From Octopus sinensis (taxonomy: Eukaryota), in assembly GCF_006345805.1 (NCBI RefSeq), contig NC_043007.1, positions 45,942,001 to 46,006,000 of the forward strand: 64,000 bases of DNA, read 5' to 3'. Numbering within the stretch: position 1 is the stretch's first letter; the number at the start of each line of letters is the position of its first letter. The position numbers and the translations under genes are program-made. A model generated the notes under the pieces. The model was given only the letters and a program-made list of their open reading frames with translations. It was not told the origin of the DNA and searched no databases. Positions 51,249 to 64,000 of the stretch are shown piece by piece.

Positions 51249-52505
51249 GTATGTATGTATGTATGTATGTATGTATGTATGTATGTATGTATGTATGTAT
51301 GTATGTATGTATGTATGTATGTATGTATGTCACTGTTCAGTTTTATTCCAAAATTTCTTGCCATTAGAAAAAGAGCCAGTTTCTAACTTATATCCAAGGC
51401 TCCTTCATTGGAATTTCTCCACCAACAACAGGGTATTTTTGGCTGTATGTAAGTATGTATTTGTGCAGATTTGTATGTTTAGCTTTATACATTCTCATGC
51501 ATAGAGTTGCATATCTAGAATTCTCATATGTATATTTAAATGATAAACTTCTGGAAAGATTTTACAGATTTTTACAGTTCCAGTGATGTAGTTTTCGAAT
51601 TAGCTTCCTACTGTCTGGTTTTGAGAAGCCTAATTTCTCAAGATTGGTATTTAGGCAGTGTATTACATTTCTCAGGTATAAACCTGAACTTGTAATCTGG
51701 ATAGAGTAACAGCAGGTTTCTCAATAGTGCAGCGTAGGTATTCTCATTTTCACTGATTTTCAGCTTTAGGTTAACATCCACTGGGTAACTAATTTTCGCA
51801 ACCCCGCACAGTTTCTCTTCTCTATCTCAAATCATTATACCAGGTCTGATGTGCTTACATTTCATTGAGGTCTTCAAGTGGGACATTCCACCTGTACTCA
51901 TTTTTTTATTATAAGTGGCTAAGGTTCCCATCATACTTCTTTGTCCTCGGGGTCATCCTTCTGACAGATTTCATTATAGTGTGTCCTAGCTAAAAACACC
52001 ATGTCTCATCTGTAAATAATACCATGATGATATTTCCGGACACCTGCTTATGATGTGGGTGATATCGTCGGTGTTCACTCCACAAATTCTGTATCGGTTG
52101 TCACATTTTACTGCTTTTCCTGCATTTCTATCGATTTTGTGCTTGAGGTACTTGGCTGGTATTTGCTGTTCCTGGAGTTCAAATGCATATCCTTCAAAGC
52201 GGGAGGTAGTAATCAGGTTATTGGTCCATGATAGACTGCTTTGATGATCAATGTTACTGACATCTCGGAGTTTTCTACTAACATATCCATGCATAGTCTT
52301 CTGCTCATATAGGTTCATCCTTTCATCTAATGATAAGTTGCGGTAAAGTTGTGCAACTACTTTGGGCATGTATTCTAGGTTATCAAACAAGGAATGTTGC
52401 TGAAAGTGCTGACTTCCAAGTCTTATAAAGTTATCAGCCTCAAGTATGCAAAAATGATCAAGGGATGTACTTGGACATTTGGTGGTTAAAAGATGTTGCC
52501 GAAGG
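51249..52505 (-). mobile_element. R4/Dong-like RLE non-LTR retrotransposon, 3' part, ending in (CATA)n
   Basis: KTMHG...EGYAFELQEQQIPAKYL...RICGVNTDDITHIISRCPEISSWYYLQMRH (CCHC knuckle), RLE-like CKHIRPGIMI..YPVDVN..YPDYKFRFIP, then UTR and (TATG)n at 51249-51329. Confidence 0.85.
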
Positions 52506-52518
52506 GATATGATACGCT

Positions 52519-55500
52519 ATGTGTATGTATGTATGTACGTACGTATGTATGTATGTATGTATGTATGTATGTATGTATGTATGTATGTATGTGTGTGTTT
52601 TTATTTATGTACGGATGTATGTATGGGTGTTTTTTTTTTGGTTTAATTATTTAAATACTTCTTTTGAGAAGGATTTGGTTTCTCACAATGTTAGAAAGCT
52701 CCATCCATGGAATGTAGATACCGAAACAATGTCATATTTTAAACTTGAGAACAATCTTGCATATCTTTATCCTTTCACTTACAGATTGTATTTATTATCT
52801 GTAATCTTAATTACTGGAATTCCTTTTTTGAAAATCCAAGCTTATCCAGAATGCTTCTTAAGCATTTTCTCGCGAAACCAAGTGCGCCAATTATTATTGG
52901 TATAGATGTATTCTTTTACTCATTTACTTGTTTCAGTCATTTGACTCTGGCCGTGCTGGAGCACCGCCTTTAGTCGAGCAAATCGACACCAGTACTTACT
53001 CTTTGTAAGCCTTAGTACATGTTCTATCAGTCTTTTTTGCCGAACCCCTAAGTTACAGGGACGTAAACACACCAGCATAGGTTGTCAAGCAATGTTGGGG
53101 CGACAAACACAGACTCAAACATATACACACATACATACATACATACATACATACATACATACAAACATGCATACATATATATATATATATATATAAATAT
53201 ATACGACAGGCTTCTTTCATTTCCGTCTATCAAATCCACTCACAAGGCTTTAGTCGGCCCGAGCCTAATTTAGAAGGTGCCACGCAGTGGGACTGAACTC
53301 GGACATAAATGTACATTTATGATATGAATAAAAAAGCTAGAGGTGTCAAAGCTGTAGTCCAGAGTTACCCTGTTTGTGTTCGATTTTCAAAGAGATATTC
53401 ACATCAGCAAGACAACTGACTTCTATGATGGTACATATTTTCTTGCCTGTGCCAAATAACAGTACTTGGCGATCTGTGCTTACACTGGAATGTTCCTGGT
53501 GTTGATGCTTGTGCACGTATTAAATAATAGCGGCATTCTTTATATTTATTCCAGTACAACCGTTTTTTTCTGAATTGCATTGTATATTGTTTTTTCCGAT
53601 AACGTCAAGTTGCAAAGTAGTAACTTGATGGCATATTTGGGAAGCTGCTAATCACATGTTTGATGTCTTCCACAGAAATATGACATAATTTACATATTCG
53701 GTTGCATCTTAGATATCCGAGGCCTTCACTGTCTCATTTGTTTATTAAGTATTTAGTAACACTCTTCTATTCTTGGATTGCAAATGCACCACCTTCGAAG
53801 TTTGATGTGATGTACCGCTCACGAATACAAGTGAGGTTTCGCGTCATATTACTGTCTTCTTCAAGTCTTCAGGAAATATACCTATACATATTCTTTTTTG
53901 GTATACCGAGAGATTCACATCGGCGTCTTCTTTGCGGGAAGTTAGTCCGACTGATTTGGGGTTGTATGCGTGGTCATCAATAAGAATGTGCTTCTTGAGG
54001 AGCTTCTTCTGACAAGTTTTCACTTTTTAGTATTAAGTTAACGTATTTATTTTTGCTGCTGTTGTTTAGTGCTGTCTGAAAGAGACTATACGATATTTGA
54101 GGGGTATCTGCACTGATCTCAAACTTTACCTCCTTTATCTCTTCTTATTTAGAGCCTCTCGATATTGCTATTCTGCGGAGATTTCTAGTTGGTGTCAGTA
54201 ACATACGTGTTTGAACATCTATTGAGTAAATTTCGTTTACAGACCAGTCAAATGTACCAAATGTTGGAATCAGCACTGGTACAGGAGTGTTCTGACTGTC
54301 AAATTTTCCGAAGTCTGATATAAAATTCTCTGGTCCTTCTATCTTTATTCAGAGTACATTCGTACCTCAATGCGTAGGTACTTGTAGCATTCTTTATCTG
54401 GGACAGGGGAGATAGTAAGGCCATTGATACATAGGCTTTGTTTCTGTGCGACTGATTTTACCATTTCAACAATCAAATATGAATATTTCCTTTGGCCAAA
54501 TTCGATTCCGATCTCAGCTAAAATTGTTTCTATTAATTCCAGCTGTTTTTGTTTTGGTATTGTTAACCTTTGTAGCATAAATCTTGAAGTCATCCACAAA
54601 GAAAATATGGATTACATCAATATCTCTGATAGTTGAATACTTTCGTATGTAACCATTTGATTTTTGTAGCAGGAATGGCAATCGAGTTAATGCCAAAATG
54701 AACAAAATTACAGAAAAACTATCTGCTTGGAATATTTCTTTTGAGATATTTATAACATTACATTCGATAATTCCGTCCATAGTTCTGACAGTAAGAGCTT
54801 TTGCCCATGTCTTTGTGAACCTCTCAATGGCAGAAATTCAGATAGCAGGCACTTCTGCCAAATGGAAATACTTCAGCAGCCATGAGTGATAAATAAGGGT
54901 CAAATGGCTTCCTATAATCAAGCTATACTCTTGTAAAGTTCATATGTTGTTTTGTTACTTCAGACAGTACAGCTTTATTCATAAAAGTTTGTTCAGTACA
55001 CCCCCAAGACTCCCTTCGCTCCACCGGCCTGCTGCTATTCTGTCGCTATGTTGTTGAACTCACGATGATGCTGGGAGAATTGGTTGAGGCCACCTTTATT
55101 TTTTCTAGCCAACACAGGTGATTTCATTCTTGGCTATAATAAGTATAGTAAGCCAATCTGGTGTGTGTGTCAATCTGACCTTTCGTAGTGCTTGCGAAAA
55201 TAAATATTAGCGGCTGCCTATGAAATGTCAGCATCTTATACCACTATTCAACTATTGGATGCGTTTCAGGTGCTGTCGCATTATGCAGCTTGTTTAAAGC
55301 AGTGGTGCACGTTTTCGGTTCAATTGCATGTTTTGCTATTGATGTTGTTACACTATTCTCTCCTTATTTGCATATAGCCACGATGCATTACAAATGAGAT
55401 CCCTCTTTTCGTTCCAAATTTTCAATCAAAATGATTCAAAATCTTCTTGAGCGGGGGCTTTCTTAACGGTAATATTTTCCTTTCTCACTTCTCTATATAA

Positions 55501-55880
55501 TGTCTGTAGGTTAGAAGTAGGCTTGTGATTTACATAGGCTTGTTAAAAAATTCGCCTGAGCTGCGAAGATTTTCGCTCAGCTTCCTGCGTGCGTGTTTTA
55601 GTGAAATTAATCTTCCCTCACGACCTTGGCGTAAAGACTCACATAAAGTTTGTTAATTTATTCGTAATATGTAACTGATGATGTGTAAATTCAAAATTCC
55701 TGTTAATTTTATTATCGTGGTTAGCCATCCAACATAGCGGCTCAGATTGTTAATGTTTTCTTCTAGATTGCTTCCGTTTAGTAGTTTCATTACCATATGT
55801 ACTACGGATTTCAGGAAGGTGTCCTTTAAGACTGATAATAGTAATGAACATTACATGATTCTATTTCACTAACGAACATC
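52519..55880 (-). mobile_element. Second, longer R4/Dong-like RLE LINE relic, also ending in (CATA)n
   Basis: RT motifs GCTEQ..MNKAVLSEV, EIFQADSFSVILFILAL, HIFFVDDFKIYA; knuckle CKLCHISVEDIKHVIS; IPIIIGALGF at the C-terminus; (TATG)n at ~52519-52590. Interrupted by a SINE. Confidence 0.82.
52917..53263 (-). mobile_element. SINE with internal (CATA)n(TA)n microsatellite
   Basis: Reverse complement of the 18478-18950 layout. Confidence 0.88.
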
Positions 55881-58068
55881 ACACGATTCTATGTGCTCTG
55901 CAGCGATATCGTCGGCAATGTTCAGTATTACATCTATCGGATATTTTAATATTTTGTATATAAGGGCCTATTGCTTAACGATAGTTCGGAAAAATTAAGA
56001 AGGATTTCTACGAATAATAGTTTCAGAATGTTTCTGAGCCGAATATGTTACGTAGTTTTCTCTGTTGACTCAAACTCATGTGGAGAGACACGAAAATTAA
56101 CTGATGTAGCAGTGGTTGTTTACATTCTTTTCGACGTCTTTTCTAGTAGGTTTTAGCCAATTCTGAGTGTTTTGAGAAGGTCAATCTATATCGCAAGAGC
56201 AAGCCATTTTGCTTTAGAAGAAAGATGCTTGCTGACGAAGTTGTTCTGCAGTAAAACGGATTAAGCTGGAGTGAAATTCGTCCCCATATTTTTTTTTTTC
56301 ATTAATTCATATATCCGATAGAAAGGTCTTCACGGGTTTCTTCATAGCATCGAACTAGATCTTAGTTTAGATGTAGAGTTAACGTAAAATAAGGGGCATA
56401 CTTACATCTTCTCCAATACCTGACTGGTGATATAGTGTTGTTTTCGTCGATTTTGTTCTTATTAATTTCAACCATGATCGCGTTAGTAAACTTCCTCGTG
56501 TTATGAAATATATTCTTTTAAAATCCGGCCTGAATAACGCTACGTTGGTAAATTAAAGATGTCTTTCTTATTAATAACGGGAGGAATAAACTAATTCCTG
56601 AATTAGACTGGTAGAGTCGATATAAGTGTAGATGAATAGGTTCAAAAAGAAATCTTAAAATGTTCTTTATACATGCACCGCTGATGTTGAAGGCGCCGTC
56701 TTGTATGTATGTATGTATGTATGTATGTATGTATGTATGTATGTATGTATGTATGTATGCATGTATGTGTGTATTATATATGTATGTATTACGTATGCAT
56801 GTATTATGCATGCATGTATATATATATATACACGCAATTATGCGTGCATGTATATACATATGTGTTTGTGTATGTTTGTCTACCTGTAGACATGTTTGCA
56901 TGCATGCATATACTTGTTTCACAGGAAATTTTATGTTTATGAATTATGTTTTACCAATCGTAAACTTACGTGAATAATTGTATATACAACCTAAATGTTC
57001 TTGAGAAGAAATTACCATGAATACTTTTTTAGCATCGTCTAGAATATTGATGCAACAACAATCAAAATCATATTGCCATCATATTCGGATTTTCAGAAAT
57101 TTTTCCATTGAACAGGAGACTGCGGACTCTAGGACGTTGATGGATAAACGATTATAGCCCACTTCCACTGCTTCAGTCAAATGTAATGAGCATTAAGCTT
57201 CACTTAATGAAAGAAAATATTCAACAAGTATTACAACATTTAGCAATTGCATGATTAATAAAAGCAATTTTGGTCTTTGAATGCATTGACAAAATTCATT
57301 TGCAATGTAAATGAAATAAAATATTTTAGTGAGTCACCAGGATAACAATCGATAACTGTCTTCAGGGAAAATGTATGTGGGTGTTTTTCATATTCTACAA
57401 TGATAAGAACGCAGGTCAAGTAAAATTACTATGCTGTAGATATATACCAAAGAGAAATATTAATCTTTACACTCGTTCAAGTATAGATATATGGAGCAGA
57501 TTCAATAACCAATAATCTTTATGGTGAGGCAATGGAAATTACAATTATACCCTTGGAGAACGTTTAACAAATTAGTCTAGGGATGGTTTGGTGAAAAAAC
57601 ACAGGACCAAGGCTATGGTAACTTCCACTTCTTAACTGATTACTTATTGTGAACGAAATAAAATACTGATTTATTTACAATTGGGATAAGGTCAATCTCA
57701 CTGTAATGGAATTAAATTCCGAGAATTATATTACCGATGGTAGACGATAAGGAGCACAAAACCTGTTATTGAAAATTTGAAGTAGCTTCTTCGAAACTAA
57801 AATAGGTTCTTGAAGAAAATAAAGACATTTAGTGAAAATATCTTCGTATAATGTCTCCGGATGTTAGGGCATTAGCGCTTTATATTCGTAATAGAAGAAT
57901 AGTACTGCAAATACGAACTAAAAGAGATTTTATGATTAAATTATGTTGTTGTTGTCGTTGCTGTTGGTGTTACAATTTTAGATGTCTAATCCCAGACGGC
58001 CACTTATTGAGCATTCTGATCGAATACATTCTAGCATTGATAATTTCATGTTTCATCTGACAATCTAC

Positions 58069-58211
58069 CTCAAAACTCGTGTTCTGCATTTTAGTGGGCA
58101 ACAACTGCAAGATAATAGCCTGATGGGGACTTGGCTCCAGTTGCAAGTAGGCCGAATGATCACACAGTGACTTCCTCATTTCCCTGCAGTTTATTCCACT
58201 CTGCTTGAGAA
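58069..58211 (-). CDS. Best candidate exon of an unidentified minus-strand host gene
   Basis: tacttcatatatttttag|TT CTC...TTT GAG|gtagat; 143 nt, only one open frame: LKQSGINCREMRKSLCDHSAYLQLEPSPHQAIILQLLPTKMQNTSFE. GC content above the flanks. Confidence 0.5.
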
Positions 58212-59591
58212 CTAAAAATATATGAAGTATTGATGCATTAAAATATCCCCTCTTTGGCAAATGTCCGTTAGTAAACATAAACTGATTCAACCAGCCTTTA
58301 ACTCAACTGCACTTTGTTTGATATTTATATAGTTTTATTAGTTGAATATACATAAAATCTAGCGTTGACAGTTTTGATAGTTGTAGCAATCGAAGTAGTT
58401 ATTTCTTAACCATAATTCACATTAATATAGATTGAATTATGTACCAAGTACATAGCTTATATTTTGTAATCGAAAAATATAAGAAATATGTTTTATATCT
58501 CATCGCAGATACAAAGATCTATAATAAGTTTGCATACTTCTGAATCTGCGCTCGAACCAACACTGTAACGCCGTTATTGTTATTGACATGAAATTATTCT
58601 AATAAGACCTCTGGTTTCCTATGAGGCTTTAGGAACAACCTTACCTCTATGTGTTATTCTTATGTAATTGCATTTAGAAAGCTGTACCGTTGAGTCAAAG
58701 CAGCAGTAGCTTTAATTATTAAATCAGTAAAATGTGAGAAAATTGCCATGAGTAAACTCATTATAGAATTGCATGGCATCATAATACCACATTACTCAAA
58801 ATTCCATGTGTGTGTATATGTATGAACAAAAATCTCAGATAGTCAAGATTACTTAATTGATTACAAGCAACAAGGAGATATTATCAATCGCTATAAGCAG
58901 TAGATGTCCTTCATCAATGAAAGGTTTCGAACCTTTTATTCACTCGGAATGTTTGCATTTGGACTCCTTCAGTAGTGTTATATAGTCTATCCAAAACAAC
59001 ATCAGTTACATAAAACATTAAGTGGTCGTGAAAACACTTCAAAACTTTGTAATTGGCAAACCTCAGCCATTTTCGTCATGGCAGATCGTTCGAAAGGCTT
59101 ACAAACTGACGGTGTTGCAGAAACAACACTGTGCTAAATTTGCAATTATAGATAACCTTTGGAAAACAATATTTGTTACCTCAAACACTTCTGTTTCACA
59201 GTTATACTTAAAAACGATAACACTCTCATTGTTATACAACAAGCAACATAACGTATTTTGCGGGAATATACAACAGGTGAACGCAAAAGACACAACCTTC
59301 TTTCTCTCATCACATCTGATAGTAATCGACATAGACGTAAAAAATTAATAATAGAAAGAAAAATGCATATATTTCTGTTAAACCTGAAGCAACCTTATAG
59401 CAAATTTACAATCCAATCTTAGAATATTTAAAAAAGTTTACGCTGTTTCATGACTTGCTAGAAATAGCATTTATATATGTGCCAATCATAATATCACAGA
59501 ATGGTGAGATGTGTAAACGTGCTAAAATCATTATTTAATGATTTATTAGTGGCCAGCATACTAAAAATACCACAATGGTTAATTTATATTA

Positions 59592-59965
59592 AAATTATAA
59601 TAAGGGTGTTGAATGAATACAACACCAGTCTACTAGAGGTAGACCCCAAATGGTCTATGAATCACTTAGATTATTACTCCACAACACAAGCGCGGAAAAT
59701 TGACAGCGAGGATTTATAAGATAATTTGGATAGTCCCAAATCTATAGATGTCACAGTAAGAGTTATTGAAAAAGGAGTTTTAATAATTCATACCGTGAAA
59801 TCTATAGATTGAGGACTATCCAACTTATCTTATGAATCCTCGCTGTCTATTTTCCGCGCTTACAACCTTGTGCAGTGGAGTGATAATCTAAGTGGTTCAT
59901 AGACCGTCTTGGGTCTATTTCTTGCAAACACGTGTTGTAATCATTCAGCACCCTTATTATAATTT
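59592..59965. mobile_element. Foldback/MITE-like inverted-repeat element
   Basis: aaattataataagggtg.tgaatga.tacaacac ... gtgttgtaatcattcagcacccttattataattt, with complementarity continuing almost to the centre (~59770). Confidence 0.82.
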
Positions 59966-60134
59966 ATGCATGCATATATACCCACACACACACATACACA
60001 TACTCACACACTCGTACACACACATACACACACACACAAACACACACACACACAAACACACACACACATATATATATATATGTATGTATAAATTGTATAT
60101 ATATATATATATATATAAATAATTTTTATATTAT

Positions 60135-62545
60135 GCCGATTTTATCTGGTCTATGGTCTATTTCTGGAGTCTGAGGCTGCGCTAGGACACCGTCTTTCAG
60201 TGTGATTGGGTTTTCTTTCTGTGTTCTTTCAGGAGAAGTAACGAGTTGGCTACACCTGCTCTTCTCTGTGCCTACTGGTGCGATATGGATTCATCTCGAA
60301 TTTCAGTTAAAGAGTGCGTTCGGACTTTTTTGAAAACCACCATATCTACACCTCACAAACACCTGAAGTAGTTTGGCAGAATGATGAGCACTTGTGGACG
60401 CTTGTAACCTAACCAATACAGTACTGGGTTCTTACTCTACATGTAGAAAACGTGTTACCATTGGTACTATGCAGTGCCCGCCCTTTCGGTGGTTAATATA
60501 ACTTCCGATCCCATTATTGGAAGCAAGACCTTCCGGGAACTACTATGTTTATATCACTGCATTTCTTTCGAGTCTCTTTCGAAGGGATTAGAGATTCAGT
60601 TCCATTAGCCTCTCCCTGTAGATCTTCCGCAGCATCGAATAAAACTTCGTGGATGGGTTCTGTATTGCCTCGTGTTTCGCTGACCGTTCGAGGCTCTTTG
60701 GTGACCACAGTTAGGAGCAGAAATACAGACAACTGAAATGAAAGTTCATAGGAGTAGCATGGTCTACTTTAAACTGTTTCTGAAAGATCTCAGAATCCGG
60801 TCCGCCACTCGTACGCACTGTATTGCCATTTCGGTTATATGCACATGGGACCTAGTCATGATACTGTAGTATATGTGTTAAGCTGCTCCTCCCTAAGCGG
60901 AAGCCCTTCTTCCAGGAATGTGATCAACCTTCTTTTGACAATAAGTTCCATGACCTTGCTAACATTTTAGATCAGAGTAATAGACCTTCAATTTTTAGTG
61001 TCTGATCTGCTTCCTCCTTAGTGGACAGGGCATATTGTAATTTCTTTTAACATTTTAGCACGTTTACCACATGCAATGAAACTGAACATTTTTTTCCAGT
61101 TGTTTAGCGAGACATTTCTTACACTTCTTTAACAAAAGAACCGGAAATCCATCTGGGCCTGTTGCCGATATTCGCTTTATCACATCAGTGGCTAATATTA
61201 CGTTTTCGCCCTTTATGTTACTGTAATCGATGGCTGCCTCTTTCCTATGTATATTTTTGGCGTTGAAGAACTTAGCAGGTTTGCTTAATTGTATATTTCC
61301 CAGCAGAGAACAGTAACATTTTTTGAACTGTTTATTTAGTATTTCTCTTATCCTCATAGGGACTTCAGTCAATGAGCCTTCTTCTTCAAACAGTAGCCCT
61401 ATCTTGTAGGACCCTGAGACAAATTCTTGAACTAACCTACAGAATGTTTTAGGATTCATTGTTATACGTTCCACCGCCCTTCCTTCTCGTTCTTCTGTTT
61501 CTTTTTCATGGGAGGGTATTATTTTAGTTTCGATCTCCAAGAGCAACTCTTTGAGGTGGGATTTGTAGCCGCCAATAAGTTGCTTATTTAAGCGATTGAA
61601 GATTTCTATTCTCCGTTTCATATAGACTCTCCTGTCTCGCGGAACGATGTTTTGTATGTAGTCGCTCTGTTTTCTGAGGATGATTTAACGCCTATATCTC
61701 GCATTCTAGTGACGAATTCTTTGAGTTTCATATCAATGTCATGTGTAGAGAAACGTTTTACCCATTTCTTATGGAGTATCTGTTTTTCAATTGCCTTTCC
61801 ATCAGCCTTGCAAAATTTCAGACAGGATAGTCTTTGCAGACCATCTATGTGGAATATATATTTCATTATCTTTGGACTATACATCGTCAGTTCAATCATC
61901 TTATGTTCTGCGTAAATTTTCTGTGATATCTTGACATTGTTTATATAACCCAAATTGTTGGTCTAAAATGCTATTTTTCTGAGTGGTGAAAATGGCTTGC
62001 TGAGTGGGATCAAACAGAGCATCTGTTTCATTGCACTCTTTCAGTGTCATTCTTAAGATTAATTTGCCTTCTGGCCATCTGGTGGTGGGGCTTCAAGTCA
62101 TCCATTAGAAGTACATTAGCGCATTCATATAGTTTTGTTAGTATTTCTTTTAAAGTTGAAAGGCTTTCCTCAAATTTACCTTAAAGATTTGAAGCATCGT
62201 GTGAACGATATAATGTGCATATTACCAAATTAAGTTGTTTTAAACATATTGTGAGTGTGTCAGAGACCAAGTCTGAATAAGACAACAGGTTTAGTCGTTT
62301 GGCAACTTCACAGATGTACAGTGCAATTCCAACGTGACTTGTTTCACTTCTCTGAGTGTGAAATACAGCACACATTGGGACGTATATCTCTGCATCGTTT
62401 ATGTCTGCGGATGTTTTTGTAAGTGCAATGTACATGTGGAAAGGTTCCTGAGGTACGCAATTTTGTGTCTGCTGTTGTTCTCTAGAAGCCATCTTGGTCG
62501 GCTTGGTAGCAACGGTGGTCATCCTGGGTCTATAAATTGTGGCAG
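60135..62545 (-). mobile_element. CR1-type LINE with APE endonuclease and RT termini; RT core deleted
   Basis: YIALTKTSADINDAEIYVP..HVGIALYI..LVICTLYR (APE), MNPKTF, SATGPDGFPVLLLKKC, then a direct jump from GFRLGRSSLT to CVRVADRILRSFR and LERRRERY-like C-terminus. Confidence 0.85.
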
Positions 62546-63231
62546 TCATATATAATTAATAAAATTTAAATTTTCTTAAAGAATGTATCTTGTAATTAAT
62601 TACTATTTTGAAAACAAATTAGCACGCCTTTCACAATTGTGGGAAATAGAACTAGTTGTAGCGTTGAGCTTGCATAGTACATAGAATTTTATCAATGTCG
62701 AATTACTTAATTATGAAAGTTATCTTTCAAATATTGTTTGTAAGACTGCTATTATGAAAACTGATTTTCAATATTGAATTCCTGTTATCATATTTTTATT
62801 GATATACTTTCTTTTCTTTTTCTTTGCTTTATAGAGGAAACTGTTATAAAGTTATTTCATATCTCTGTTTTATATTTATTCCAATTCACTATTTGTCGCT
62901 AGCATAATTCAACAGTTTTTAAACAAACAACTTTGAGATATAACACCGTAAAGTAAAGAAGACTACCATTATTATCAAGAAAATATAGCTTCAAGAAATA
63001 TTTATTAACATGTTCTAGTAATTGAAATGCATTATATTTTTCCATGCAACTCTCAAGGGTGCATAATGATCGTATCAAATATATTACATCTTTCAATACG
63101 ATACATTTTTTTATTAAACTCCATCTACTGAAAGAAATTACTATACCAGTGAATATAGCCGCAAAAACACACACACACATGACATACATGAACATATATG
63201 CGTATGTGAGTGTATATATATAAATATGTCA

Positions 63232-63259
63232 TTTAGACGAGAGTTCATTCCCCATATCC

Positions 63260-63308
<49 letters not shown>

Positions 63309-63560
63309 TATATACGAACATACATATATATATTTACAGGGTACGGTGAATAAACTCTCGTCTAAATTGCGCAAAAATGAAAATAACTCTGACATCTCAT
63401 TGTAACAGATATATTTAAACTGCATAAATATATCATGAAATACTAGAGGAAATTTATGCAATAAAATCGCTAAAACGACGGCCTCCATGCAACTTCGGAA
63501 TCTCCCTGCAACTCTCTGGATGGCCTCCTTGTTTCAGATGGTGAATGGTGTCATAATCTC
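63232..63560. mobile_element. Two outward-facing Tc1/mariner ends around a (TA)n tract, plus a transposase C-terminal remnant
   Basis: tttagacgagagttcattccccatatccggta (63232-63263) versus tacagggtacggtgaataaactctcgtctaaa (63333-63365). Minus-strand RMEAVVLA-like C-terminus near 63490. Confidence 0.6.
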
Positions 63561-63728
63561 TGAAACGTAAATTTTAGGAAAATAAAAATAAGAAATAAGT
63601 GGAAATTTTACCGGCGAGTGTGTTACATTATAAGGCACAAAAAGAAACTGACTCTCCCCAGACACAACCACAACAGAAGATGCTACACGAACTCATATAA
63701 AGAATCTTGTAAACCAAATCCAAAAATG

Positions 63729-63762
<34 letters not shown>

Positions 63763-64000
63763 TACCCTGAATATCAGAATATACTAATCAATCAAAACCC
63801 ATAGTGTTTGACACATGCGAATGGTACTACAGGCTTAGATCTATCCATGGTACTGAAATTGTTAAACGCAGATGAGTTCCTGTGCTACGTATTTGTTTAT
63901 TCAAAGATATGGGCTGGTGTGCTGCCGTGCTGTGCAGTACACAAGGCATTGCAAAGGTTTTATTGTTTATGACACTTGTTAAATTTCTTCGAATTTTAAA

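Overview
AT-rich, microsatellite-dense animal genomic DNA. The SINE families and (TA)n/(CA)n/(AAT)n/(CATA)n density suggest a cephalopod, probably Octopus; that is recognition from memory, not a search. Most ORF-track entries are microsatellite artefacts. The interpretable content is decayed transposons: Penelope-like elements (RT and GIY-YIG fragments), RTE, CR1-type and R4/Dong-like (RLE) LINEs, mariner, Tc1 and Tigger, a probable Academ-like transposase, tRNA-derived SINEs and several long foldback elements sitting in (TA)n. No intact autonomous element is present. A chain of phase-compatible candidate exons suggests an unidentified minus-strand host gene from about 58.2 kb to 12.5 kb. The main signals are: (1) several families of minimal hammerhead-ribozyme motifs, one with an intact core at 37264-37315; (2) a chimeric tRNA-head + (AAT)n + hammerhead element, i.e. 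a SINE that may be mobilised by Penelope-like elements; (3) locally templated insertions in the RTE copy, including an exact 66-bp inverted copy of sequence 6.9 kb away; (4) tandem R4/Dong-like LINEs that both end in (CATA)n. All coordinates and alignments were read by eye, so element boundaries are approximate unless a TIR or splice site is quoted.
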